Shown: positions 51,722 through 64,000 of the stretch, in pieces
Position numbering within the stretch: the first letter of the stretch is position 1
Layout: each line of letters starts with the position of its first letter
Assembly (NCBI GenBank): GCA_030141605.1
Contig: JAQGDQ010000412.1
Location: 1-64,000 of the forward strand
DNA: 64,000 nt
Source: Tubiluchus corallicola
Taxonomy: Eukaryota; Animalia; Priapulida
Direction: 5' to 3'
Position numbers and translations under genes: made by a program
Notes under the pieces: generated by a model
Databases searched by the model: none
What the model was told of the DNA's origin: nothing
What the model saw: only the letters and a program-made list of their open reading frames with translations

Positions 51722-53689
51722 TAGTTTTTGCACTTCGGAGAATAAGACAATGCACAATTCTGTACAAAAGGCCATTTATTCAATCGACTGCGTAGCACAG
51801 TCCTGGAACATAAAGGTTGCACAGAGTGCAGTTTTTGCATGAATTAAGTGACTGACTCTATTAACCATGAGTTTAATAAACGACACCTAGTGTAGTAGAA
51901 CTAATTCACTATTGAACTACCTGAGCAAATTAATCTTTGTTATCAGTTCAACTAATAACAGTCAAATTAGTTGATAATTATTTATTTTTATTTGAGAAGA
52001 AACAGCAAAATTCATTGGAATAAATCAACTAATCAACACGGTTTTAACGGGAAATAAAAAGCGGCGTAAAACTCTAGAGCTCTTCCGGCACCAAGCAGCA
52101 ATTTTTATCTTTCGTTAGAAAATAGACGGCCACGGCGACGTTGCATTAACCAAGTGATGATAACGTCTACGTAGAAAGTGTGCCGAAGCTTTAGGTTGTC
52201 TCTCTCTGGTAAATATCCCTTTCCTATTGCCGACAACTCTGTTTACACCTACAATGCAAAATCAATGTAGACAATGAATACAGACGTCAGTCACTTCCAT
52301 GACTTTTCTAAAATCAAAATTAAAATACTACATTGTGAAACATTATTGGTAAACAAAATACTATTTGTGTTGCCAATTATATAACGGTACATTATATTAT
52401 TATGCTATTAGATAATGTTTCCTTAACGTATGACAACAGTTTACAGTTATCATAAAAAAATTAAAAAATTTTCATCTATTTTTTATTTATTTTTAAATTG
52501 TAATGTTTTCAAAAGACAAAAGTTTAAAAAAAGCAAAGAACATTTAAAAAATTTCGACCTTGAAACACCTGAACACATTATACAAGCTGCAGCATTCGGA
52601 GAACAATGAAGGTATCAACTGAATACCAAAAGAGATACAATTAAGTTTTTGTGAAATAGTTCCTATCATCAAAAATAATCCAAACTCATATGACAAGTTT
52701 TATTTATCTTGCACAAAGAAACCGCATCAGTTAAAACACATATTTGTGCTTGCATAGCGAAATCGTCCACAAGTCAGCAATTAAGTTTTTCTAGATATTC
52801 ACACATCCTGAATCTCCATTTCATGAGGATCATTTTGATACCAAGTTCATCGCTCTATGTTATTTCTAAGCTGAGATAATCCACGTTGAAGTTGAGGTGC
52901 AGGCTGCACACTGAAAAATGTAACCTTGAGAAAATCACTGTTAAAGTTAGCCATTGTTTTTTGTCGCGTTTCAACAAAACACCTTAACAACGTGTGGTTT
53001 CTATGGACTTTGCAAGAGCACATTGAAGTTATGTTTAAATCCAGTAGATGGCTCTTCCTAACGATAATTTGGGCTTAGCAACAAAATAAAACCCGAAGCA
53101 AAATGACTGCTTCCATGAGCTACAATCAGAGTTTGAAAATACAAGTTTTTTACAATTGCAGTACTAGTTTCTAGACAGAGGAGTGGGTACAGGGTTATTA
53201 AATTAAATTTTTAGTATTTTTGGACATTTTCTTGATAATTTGATACTAGAATATAAAAGTCCAATATATTTAGCATTTGTTTTTATAAAAAACAAAAATT
53301 AACATTAGACCGAAACAGGTGCATTCTACTTCGAACCATCATAACGTAATTTTAATTATGCCGACTTATGGACGGTTTGGGTTTGCAAGAACATTATATT
53401 ATAACCTTTTTTATACAGATTGATTAATAGTAAAAAAACAAAAACATCAATACTTGTTGAGAAAAACAGTAGAAACTAACTTTTTATCAAGAGAAAGGTG
53501 ACATTGTAGTTTTCAAGGAAACAACTTTTGGTAGAGAATTCCATAAATAAGAGGTGAAAGGGAAAAACTGGATTTATGTTCTGAATGCCTAATGTAAAAA
53601 TACATAAAGTATGAATGTCACTAATAAACCAACGCAACACAGAATGCTGTGATTCCTTCAGTTGTTCCCACTATGTGATTCATTCAAGT

Positions 53690-54377
53690 CAACTGACTGA
53701 CTGAGTAAGCCACTAAAATCTGTCTATTTAACAAGAAACAATCGCTTCAGAGACACTTTTCATGCAGGTAGCAGAAGTCTAGAAAAACTATCTTGTAGCA
53801 TTTTACTAGGACAAGGTAACTTTAAAGATTTTCTTTTCAAAATTGGATATATACATGAAAATGCCTGTATATGCTCAGAGGAAGCACAAACAGTTGAACA
53901 TTTGCTTTTTAATTGTACTTTGGTCGACGAAAATAAAAGATTAGCGCTTGCAAATAGCCTACAATTTCATAACATTAGTAAAATTTATACCTCTCGTGAC
54001 AAAAACCTGCTAGTTGCTTTCACTGAGTTAGTTTGTGATTCGTTTTTACAAACTTTAGTATAAAATATTAAACTTTGCGTAACAGAACAAATCTGTAAAC
54101 ATCAAATTTTCTGTTTCTAGTCACTTTTACATTATACAGGTCGTTTTGTGTAAACTGGTGCTATTTGATTTTAGTTGTTCTTTTATATTATTTTCAGGCA
54201 CGAAATCTGTGATTTATTGGTATATAAAAGTCTTATGACTATAACAGATATTTATTTACAAAGTTTATTTAACCATACCCTGCAAATAGAGGGTCAGGGT
54301 CACTGTATGTATTTTATGTAAATATTTGTATATGTGTACAATTTAAATTTTAAATAAAGAATTATAATAATAATAAT
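53690..54377 (+). mobile_element. 5'-truncated non-LTR retrotransposon 3' end (ORF2 zinc knuckle, 3'UTR, TAA tail)
   Basis: FLLGQGNFKDFLFKIGYIHENACICSEEAQTVEHLLFNC...QTLV* (C-x-C-x8-H-x4-C), followed by aataaa and (taa)n at 54350-54377. Confidence 0.75.
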
Positions 54378-55929
54378 TTAGAGACAAAGAGTCATTTACA
54401 CGCCATAGTCCTGTATTAGCCCAGCGACAAAGCTTACAGGAAAATAGAATGATTTTTCATATACTACCCCATTTCCCAGTGTGGTAAAAAGTTTACATTT
54501 TAACACAATTGAAACTGCAAAAGCGTTTCTGATAATTAAATAATAGATTAAAAACTTAGTTAACGGCGAGCGATCCTAACTATTGATGACATCACAAACT
54601 TGCATAATTTTGAACAGCAAAAATATTCCACGAGCGTGTTGCACGTGTTTGTGAAAGTGAAAATTGAAGTACAGTGCTACTGTAAGATATTCAGTGTGTT
54701 GTACTAAAGCTAGGCAAGTTTTAAGATAAAAATTCAATTTTCAAATTTACCCGTGCTCATGCATGAGCTGTCGAACGTGTGTAGTTTGTCACAAACTAAC
54801 ACATCTGAACTGAGAGGTACAGCACCCGTTTTTTGTGTAGTGCGTTTCCAAAATGCAGGTGGTACTACTCGTCTGACTAGCGAATGGCTAAATGCATGTA
54901 ACAGCGAAGAACTAGTGGCGCGAACGAGAAATTGAGTTTGTGTGGTAACAATTCTTTCACGTAAGTGATTTTTGAAAAAACTAGTTTGTTTGCTTTCATT
55001 ATTTTAAATAGTAGATTGTTTTGACCTATTTTTGCTTTAAAAGGGAAGGAAAGGGAATTGTAAGTGTATTTAAAAAAACTTTCGACAAAGTTATATTACT
55101 TAACTATTAGAAAGACTCACGTAACCGAAAAAAATTCTTAGCAATTTAAAACATTCATGCCAACTGGTAAAACAACAATGTTTCGCCATCCCAGTGTGCA
55201 CCTCTGACTCACGAAAAGCACATTATTGATCTCACTGACAAAACAAAGTAATTTTTTTTCTTTCCATACTCACAGTTTTTAACTTTACTCACTAACCTTG
55301 GTCAAATTCCTCTGTTAATAAGACCCCATTTGAAACTACTACATAATAATCCTAATTACTGAATATTTCTATTGTTTTGTTTAAATTTTGGTATCTAACT
55401 TTATTATTTTGTGTTTTCAATTCTTTTTTGATAATTTGTATCATTTATACTGTTTTTATTTGTATTTTTCCTTATTTGTTTTTGTTTTTGTTATCTGCAG
55501 CATCACCATTAATTTTTAATATTACTAATCTATTTATAAGAAAGGGCTGGAGACTAGATGACCCTATAGTCCTTCCCTGCCCTGCTACATGATTATAATT
55601 TCTTAATATTTAAAAAAACTTTTGATGTTAAACTAATTGGAGAAAATAAAGGTTCCATGTCTATGTCTATGTCTAAACTTTTGCTTAGATAGTGAAGAAT
55701 GTGTTAAGAATGCTCTGATTACTTTTTCAAACTCCATGCAATGTTATCTAAGCTTGTTTCAAATGACTTACCACCTAACTGTCAATGCGAGAATCTAAAT
55801 TTACTAGTTTTATACGGTGTTACTGCTGATGCAAGCTCTGTGTGCAATGAGGCAGTACGTCAGTGAAAGAAAATCTCGTGATAAATTTTTCAGGTTTGTT
55901 TATGAAGTTTTCGTGGGCACTTTTCTAAG

Positions 55930-56155
55930 CAACGAATATATCATTAAAAGCAGAAAGCAACAAGCAATGCTTGCTTTTCTTCAGTACAAGAATGTATTAA
56001 CTAGCAAGAAATTAAGTCTTAACGTAAGACTTCGATTATTTAATGCTTACGTTACAAGCGTATTTATATACAACAGTGAAACTTGGGGTTTAACGATTAC
56101 TCAAGAAAAGCAGATTGACACATTTCATAGAAGTCTTCTTAAGAAGGTTTTAAAG
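55930..56155 (+). mobile_element. RTE-like LINE reverse transcriptase C-terminal fragment
   Basis: IKSRKQQAMLAF...KLSLNVRLRLFNAYVTSVFIYNSETW...IDTFHRSLLKKVL motif of RTE-clade ORFs. Confidence 0.8.
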
Positions 56156-56309
56156 ATGTCCATACATAATACATTTACTGTAATGTAATATGCTACAGCT
56201 ATAATAAATTTTTCTTGCTAAGAAAAGCTAAAAATTATTTAATTGTTGATAAACTACAATTATGCAAAATGTGTGCATAATTAAAATACATCGTAATTGC
56301 TAGTGAATA

Positions 56310-56945
56310 TTTTTGATCTATTGCAAGCTACAAAACCCTGCATTAAAACACAATTATTAAAGATCTGCCTGCCAAACAGACTTTTGATCTATTGCAAGCT
56401 ACAAAACCCTGCATTAAAGACACAGTTATTAAAGATCTGCCTGCCAAACAGACTTTTGTTCTATTGCAAGCTACAAAACCCTGCATTAAAAACACAGTTA
56501 TTAAAGATCTGCCTGTCAAACAGACTTTTGTTCTATTGCAAGCTACAAAACCCTGCATTAAAAACACAGTTATTAAAGATCTGCCTGCCAAACAGACTTT
56601 TGTTCTATTGCAAGCTACAAAACCCTGCATTAAAAACACAGTTAGTAAAGATCTGCCTGTCAAACAGACTTTTGATCTATTGCAAGCTACAAAACCCTGC
56701 ATTAAAAACACAGTTATTAAAGATCTGCCTGTCAAACAGACTTTTGATCTATTGCAAGCTACAAAACCCTGCATTAAAGACACAGTTATTAAAGATCTGC
56801 CTGCCAAACAGACTTTTGTTCTATTGCAAGCTACAAAACCCTGCATTAAAAACACAGTTAGTAAAGATCTGCCTGTCAAACAGACTTTTGATCTATTGCA
56901 AGCTACAAAACCCTGCATTAAAAACACAGTTATTAAAGATCTGTC
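56310..56945. repeat. 75-bp tandem array x~8.5
   Basis: Gives 25-aa repeat ORFs in several frames. Confidence 0.95.
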
Positions 56946-57041
56946 TGTCTGTCTGTCCAGCTCCAATAAGCTTAGCAGGAAAGAGACGTTGCAGATGAAG
57001 TGAAAAACACCAGAATTTTCTTTCTGAATTCCTACTTTCAG

Positions 57042-58335
57042 GTTTGGTTTCAAAATAGACGAGCAAAATGGAGAAAGAAGGAGAAGAATCTTCACTTACT
57101 TGATTTACCTCGAGTTCATGGAACACCTTACCCCTTTATCCAACAGTGGTCAATTGGTCAACATGGATTGATGGTTTGTAGACACGATGTTTACAGTAAT
57201 TGAGGTCTAGTTGCAGACAGTATTGTTTTCATGTGATAAACTCAGAACCAGTGATTTTTACACCTTATTTTTTGTAAGAACTGTTATTGTTATTTGTTGC
57301 TGAATGATTCTGGAACACATTGTTATTTGTTGCTGGATGATCCTGGAACTCATTGTTATTTGTTGATGGATGATCCTGGAACACATTGTTATTTGTTGCT
57401 GGATGATCCTGGAACTCATTGTTATTTGTTGCTGGATGATCCTGGAACTCATTGTTATTTGTTGCTGGATGATTCTGGAACTCAAGTGCATCAAACAACA
57501 TTGAAGAACTTAAAGAACTTTGCTGTAAGATCGATGACTTAAAGAAACCAACGAAAATTAGTAAGCAAAAGGCTGAACAAATCCAGATCGACCTTTCGTC
57601 TTAAGGGCTGAAGGATTAATCATTAGATTAGATTAGAGCAGATTCGATTGGGTTGGATTGGATTGGATTAACTAGACTAGACTAGACTAGACTAGACTAG
57701 ACTAGACTAGACTAGACTAGACTAGACTAGGCTAGACTAGGCTAGACTAGGCTAGGCTCGGCTAGGCTAGGCTGGATTAGATTGGATTAGATTAGATTAG
57801 ATTAGATGAGATGAGATGAGATGAGATGAGTGAGATGAGATGAGATGAGATGAGATGAGATGATGAGATGAGATGAGATGAGATGAGATGAGATGAGATG
57901 AGATGAGATGAGATGAGATGAGATGAGATGAGATGAGATGAGATGAGATGAGATGAGATGAGATTAGATTATACCACTGGAAAAGCCATAATATTATAGA
58001 AACATGAAGCACTTACATCAAATAACAAAAAGGTACACACTAAAATGCAACTATACATCATACATGTAGTAAATAAATATTCCTAGTTCTCATGTTCGAG
58101 GATAATAATTATGCACAAACAGTCTGCTGTTAGCAACAAAGCTATTCAAATCAATGCTTAATCGCTTGGCATATTACAGAGTAAAGAATTTTTAACTTTT
58201 CTTACTATTTTTCAGAATCCAGTTCATTTATATACAAGTTATTTCAATTCTTCACCACCAGATGACACCAGGATGCGACGCGCTTACTGGCCGCGGGCAG
58301 GCGCCAACTTCTCTGTCGAAGATAACTCAACGTAG
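57042..58335 (+). CDS. 3' exons of PRD-class Q50 (paired-like) homeobox gene: 57042-57173 and 58216-58335
   Basis: ctttcag|VWFQNRRAKWRKKEK... begins at the conserved PRD-class phase-0 intron (Q46/V47); donor gtttgt at 57174; in-phase last exon ttttcag|NPVHLY...EDNST*. Subfamily (Unc4/Arx/Alx/Vsx-like) is not assignable from helix 3 alone. Confidence 0.8.
57283..57485. repeat. 33-bp tandem array x~6 (intronic)
   Basis: Unit ttgttatttgttgctggatgatcctggaactca. Confidence 0.9.
57622..57970. repeat. Compound pentanucleotide microsatellite
   Basis: GATTA/GATTG/GACTA/GGCTA/GATTA/GATGA blocks. Confidence 0.95.
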
Positions 58336-59061
58336 GACGCAAAATAATCGTAAAATCGAATTAAGTTCTTGCTCTTTCTAAAGCGACTATCATGTTACTG
58401 CAATGCGATGATTTAAAGCAAAAGTTCACAGTAAACATTTGCTCGTAGGTGGCGCTGTTGACTTCTGATGATTGATCAATTTTAGTGATAACGTTGTTGT
58501 AACAAAAGTAACAAGTGACGAAAGATGTGAAAACAAAAAGAATAAACGACAATAATGTCAATAAAAATTTTAAATAATTGAAAAATGACGGTGGAGAAAA
58601 AGTTAAATAACAGCTAGATACCAGTGGTAAAGCGAACACTACATGTGGAAGTTGTAATTGTACATTTTTAATTAGGTGCTGCCATCTATGAACTAATCCT
58701 GTTACTCTACCAGGTACTTACCCCCAATATAATTGTACGGTCCAGTGAAGGCATATTCACTGGATCTCTTCCTATTTTAAAGTAATGGTTTTTGTGAAGC
58801 CTTTGCAAGTCTGCATAGGTTACCTATGCCTATATATACTGACTGGTTTTGCTTTCTAGTCACTGTCTAACTCTCAGTGTTCAGTGAAGGACACTCTCAT
58901 TCTCAGTGTTCAGTGCGGCAGTCATTCTACTTAATGTGTCTGAAGTTAATAAACACTTTTCTGTGCAAATATGTAGTATAGATTTTTATTCTTGTTCTAC
59001 AAAGTGAGTGATCCACAACTTTAAACATGACTTTCACACTACATTTTTAACTGGCATTCGT

Positions 59062-59445
59062 GGGGGGGAGGGGGAGAGAGGGAGAGGGGGGAGGGGGAGT
59101 GGGGAGGGAGAAAGCAGGAGACACAGAGGGAGAGGGGGGAGAGGGGGAGAGGGGGAGAGGGAGACACAGAGGGTGAGAGAGAGAGCGGGAAAGAGAGAAC
59201 GGGAGACACAGAGGGAGAGAGAGAGAGAAAGGGAAAGAGAGAACGGGAGACACAGAGGGAGAGAGAGAGAGAAAGGGAAAGAGAGAACGGGAGACACAGA
59301 GGGAGAGAGAGAGAGAAAGGGAAAGAGAGAACGGGAGACACAGAGGGAGAGAGAGAGAGAAAGGGAAAGAGAGAACGGGAGACACAGAGGAGAGAGAGAG
59401 AGAGAGAAAGTGAAAGAGAGAACGGGAGACACAGAGGAGAGCGAC

Positions 59446-59487
<42 letters not shown>
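59062..59487. repeat. GA-rich tract with ~42-bp subunit
   Basis: Direct inspection. Confidence 0.9.
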
Positions 59488-59489
<2 letters not shown>

Positions 59490-59527
59490 CCTCCGCCTAG
59501 TGTCGAGATACAGTGTGGGCATCCCGC

Positions 59528-59647
59528 AAGCCTACAGCACCTGGTATTCCTAGGCGGTCACCCATCCAAGCACTAACCAGGCTCTACGTTGCTTAACTTC
59601 GGTGATCAGACGAGAACCGGTGTTTTCAACGTGATTTGGCCGTAGTA
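59528..59647 (-). rRNA. 5S rRNA copy (solitary, probably pseudogene)
   Basis: Minus strand ...ctacggccaaatcacgttgaaaacaccggttctcgtctgatcaccgaagttaagcaacg...gtgcttggatgggtgaccgcctaggaataccaggtgctgtaggctt matches invertebrate 5S; 5' GC is replaced by TA and no oligo-T terminator follows. Confidence 0.9.
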
Positions 59648-59781
59648 GAAACGATGACTCACAGAATTACGTGTATAGAAATAGCCGTGACGAGGTATGG
59701 GAGGAGTGTTGCACGGAGACACACCCTCTTTCGTATTACAAGGAAAGACGAGAAGGAGCTGCTATTAAGTTTAATTCAATC

Positions 59782-59968
59782 GTGAACATGAACAATACTT
59801 ACTGTGGCTTGAACATGAACTCGTGAACATGAACAAGGCTTCTGAAATTCCACCATTACTGTGGCTTGAACATGAACAAGGCTTCTGAAATTCCACCATT
59901 ACTGTGGCTTGAACATGAACTCGTGAACATGAACAAGACTTCTGAAATTCCACCATTACTGTGGCTTC
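59782..59968. repeat. Short irregular tandem repeat
   Basis: Recurring ttactgtggcttgaacatgaac and ttctgaaattccacc modules. Confidence 0.8.
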
Positions 59969-60676
59969 TTTATCATCTTTAAGAAATTGAAAAAACTTTA
60001 TCACCTTTAGGCGTCTTAGATGAAACTACGTAATTATAAAATTATTCATTATTCTTATTCACAAAAAATAAAACAACCAATTAAATTTCACGAAATCGAA
60101 ACGAGTGAATTTTGATTATTATTTATTTCCACAACTAGATCGTAAATTAGATCAAAATACAAACACATGTACATTTACAATTATAATTATAAAAACACTT
60201 TTAAAATGTTAAATTGAGGGAGAAAATCACTCTTCTTAAACGAAGCTTAAAAATCGCCTTGAAATTTCAGCATGATTTAGATGCTGTCCTACTGCATACA
60301 GAGCTTGCGTAGCAGTAACACTGTACAAAACTTGCAATTTTAAACTCCAGCGATTACCAATTTTTATAGCAAATAGTTTGAAATAGGTTTAGTTACAATT
60401 GTGTATAATGAAAAATAATCATAACAGACTCATTGCGAACTATAAGGAAGAGTAAAACTTTCCGTATCTCGTCTATAAGATTAATAATACGTTTCTTTGC
60501 GAGTTCGTAGTAGTAACTTTACCAGGTGCCGAACACTTCAAATAACTAAGAATTTTCTGTTCTAGTTACATAAGTCTTTCAAGTAGATAAGCATGTTGCT
60601 AAGCGTTATAATTTTGTGTGGAAGTTTTTTTAGGAAATGCTTTAAAATTGCCTTTCTTCCCATTTAAAACAGTAAG

Positions 60677-62415
60677 TTTCCAGACGGTAAGCGGACACGT
60701 TACCACTAGAGCTCAAACCGTTCACATTTACCACTTCCCAGACCGTAAGCGGACACGTTACCACTAGAGCTCAAACCGTTCACATTTATGACTTTCCAGA
60801 CGGTAAGCGGACACGTTACCACTAGAGCTCAAACCGCTAACATTTACCACTTCCCAGACCGTAAGCGGACACGTTACCACTAGAGCTCAAACCGTTCACA
60901 TTTACGACTTCCCAGACGGTAAGCGGACACGTTACCACTAGAGCTCAAACCGTTCACATTTATGACTTTCCAGACGGTAAGCGGACACGTTACCACTAGA
61001 GCTCAAACCGTTCACATTTATGACTTTCCAGACGGTAAGCGGACACGTTACCACTAGAGCTCAAACCGTTCACATTTACGACTTCCCAGACGGTAAGCGG
61101 ACACGTTACCACTAGAGCTCAAACCGTTCACATTTACGACTTCCCAGACGGTAAGCGGACACGTTACCACTAGAGCTCAAACCGTTCACATTTATGACTT
61201 TCCAGACGGTAAGCGGACACGTTACCACTAGAGCTCAAACCGTTCACATTTATGACTTTCCAGACGGTAAGCGGACACGTTACCACTAGAGCTCAAACCG
61301 TTCACATTTATGACTTTTCAGACGGTAAGCGGACACGTTACCACTAGAGCTCAAACCGTTCACACTTGTGACTTCCCAGATGGTAAGCGGACACGTTACC
61401 ACTAGAGCTCAAACCGTTCACATTTATGACTTTCCAGACGGTAAGCGGACACGTTACCACTAGAGCTCAAACCGTTCACATTTATGACTTTCCAGACGGT
61501 AAGCGGACACGTTACCACTAGAGCTCAAACCGTTCACATTTATGACTTTCCATACGGTAAGCGGACACGTTACCACTAGAGCTCAAACCGTTCACACTTG
61601 TGACTTCCCAGACGGTAAGCGGACACGTTACCACTAGAGCTCAAACCGCTAACATTTACCACTTCCCAGACCGTAAGCGGACACGTTACCACTAGAGCTC
61701 AAACCGTTCACATTTACGACTTCCCAGACGGTAAGCGGACACGTTACCACTAGAGCTCAAACCGTTCACATTTATGACTTTCCAGACGGTAAGCGGACAC
61801 GTTACCACTAGAGCTCAAACCGTTCACATTTATGACTTTCCAGACGGTAAGCGGACACGTTACCACTAGAGCTCAAACCGTTCACATTTATGACTTTCCA
61901 GACGGTAAGCGGACACGTTACCACTAGAGCTCAAACCGTTCACACTTGTGACTTCCCAGATGGTAAGTGGACACGTTACCACTAGAGCTCAAACCGTTCA
62001 CATTTATGACTTTCCAGACGGTAAGCGGACACGTTACCACTAGAGCTCAAACCGTTCACATTTACGACTTCCCCGACCGTAAGCGGACACGTTACCACTA
62101 GAGCTCAAACCGTTCACATTTACGACTTCCCAGACGGTAAGCGGACACGTTACCACTAGAGCTCAAACCGTTCACATTTATGACTTTCCAGACGGTAAGC
62201 GGACACGTTACCACTAGAGCTCAAACCGTTCACATTTACGACTTCCCCGACCGTAAGCGGACACGTTACCACTAGAGCTCAAACCGTTCACATTTACGAC
62301 TTCCCCGACCGTAAGCGGACACGTTACCACTAGAGCTCAAACCGTTCACATTTACGACTTTCCAGACGGTAAGCGGACACGTGACCACTAGAGCTCAAAC
62401 CGTTCACACTTGTGA
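60677..62415. repeat. 58-bp satellite array x~30, derived from a tRNA-SINE head
   Basis: Unit tttccagacggtaagcggacacgttaccactagagctcaaaccgttcacatttatgac. Confidence 0.97.
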
Positions 62416-64000
62416 GTTACTCTGAAAACTTCACTACACGTCAGTAGTGCCTGCCTGAATTTATTTAATCCTGTGAAACCAAGTCAAGTTAAAATAGAAA
62501 GCGTTTTGTCTTAGCTTGGTTGAATCATAAATTTTACTATAATGGAGAAAAGAAAAAAAAGAATTCTTTTTCATTTAATTAAAGTATTGTGCACTTAAAC
62601 AATTGCACGTGCATTTTGTTATTAATTAAGCCAAATTTAAAAGTTAACGTACTTTAAAATTTAGCGCCCAAGTTTGCTTAGTGTTAAAGTCGGTCATGTT
62701 GTTCATTTGTGACGGGAACACAAAAGAATTTCCTTCATAGCACATGGAGTTCTCAGAAATCTTTATTTCTGTATATAAAAAAAATGAAAATAATAAATTT
62801 GACTGCTTTTCACTGCTTACAAATGTATAAGGATCTAATTATTATAATTTAAGACAATAAAAGTAAATATTACTCACATCATGCGGCTATAACAACTCAC
62901 CTGACAGGTAAGTTGAGGTAACTGCCTGCTAGCCCCAAGAGGTGGCAGCACTATCCAGTACACTAACCTTAACTGCAACCCTAGCCAAAATTAATTGTGA
63001 CCTTTTTCCAAGCCACAATTGTGGCTTTTTTCGTAACTTTTTTATTGAGACTTTATTACAGGTAACCGATCCATTTTAAAAACGGGTATGATGCATTTGA
63101 GGATCGTAGAAAATTGGTAAAGTGAAAATTCTGCCTTCATGGCTTTCTGTTGTGAATGCACTGTAGTCCGTACTGTCTGCATGCAAAATGCAGCCTGCTA
63201 TGATGAAAGGCTTGATATTTGGGCTTTCAAAAATCTAATTCAAAGCTCGATTAAATTTTGCTCTTTCTTTGCTCTTTATTTGCCAAAACATATCGTTCCA
63301 TCTAAACATAAGAAATTAGTGCCAAAGAATAACAAATAAACAAATAACAAAAAATAATAATAGCCAAAAGTCAATTTTACATAATTAAGAGTTCTACACT
63401 GTACTGTCGTATTACTAGCTGTTATCTTAAAGTAAGTTTAAATTTTATAAAGTAATTAGAGTATATACATACGTTATTAGCTTAGCCCCAAATCATAAGC
63501 AATTGTAACAGATAACGACAATATCTTATCAACTTATGACAAGTCTTCACTTCACTGTAGGCCTCTGACCCAGACCAAATTGATCACGTGATTAGGCCAA
63601 AAATCTCCACAAGGCGGCCAAAGCCGACAACAAGCGAAAGCTGCTAGTCCAAGATTTCCAGTACACTTGTGTTACACAAAAATCATTGTAAAACAATACA
63701 CTACGCGGCTACCTGAACGACATTCTTGCTGCAGAATGGATAATACGAATTCGAATTTTAATTTTTTTATATAAAAAATGGCGTAGGATATGAAAAATTA
63801 TCATGTTTAATTTTAACGAATTGCATTACCGAGTACTTCTGAATGAAAAATCCTGACGAAACATTTGAATTCTTAATAGAATTTATGCTGAGAGAATAAA
63901 TGCCCAATTTCATTAATTGCAATTGTAAAAAACTTGTGCTTTCAAACTCCGATAGCAGTCATTTTGTTTCGGCTTTTTCTGTTACCAAAAGCTAAGATCT

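Noticed and set aside
56297-57095. 200-250 aa repeat ORFs (also 30352-30951, 44109-44699, 48898-49446, 59008-59553)
   Set aside because: Tandem units that lack stop codons; no domain features; overlapping frames.
60677-62415. CRISPR-like appearance of the 58-bp array (and of the 29/49/53/55/73-bp arrays)
   Set aside because: Units are contiguous with no unique spacers, there are no cas genes, and the context is eukaryotic.
60677-62415. Tandem hammerhead ribozyme satellite
   Set aside because: No CUGANGA plus GAAA core found on either strand of the unit.

Overview
AT-rich, repeat-dense eukaryotic (probably invertebrate animal) genomic DNA; almost all ORFs in the supplied track are repeat artefacts. 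The left 18 kb is one near-perfect palindrome (arms ~1-8922 and 9127-18076, 204-bp spacer). Each arm carries a CCAAT/TATA/Inr promoter facing outward and a signal-peptide exon facing inward. The right-arm promoter feeds a spliced 5-coding-exon gene (18107-24014, 278 aa, reconstructed by hand) with two atypical MyT1/CCHHC-like zinc fingers (C-x5-C-x4-N-x7-H-x5-C). A rearranged, convergent paralog lies at 33983-36685 (-), and the left arm appears to start a third copy that runs off the window. The zinc-finger family therefore sits in alternating inverted duplications. The rest contains many minisatellite/satellite arrays (one derived from a tRNA-SINE head), MITEs (Tc1/pogo-, piggyBac- and Harbinger-like), LINE fragments, the 3' exons of a PRD-class Q50 homeobox gene (57042-58335) and a 5S rRNA copy, probably a pseudogene (59528-59647, -). 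No CRISPR array or prokaryotic system is seen.
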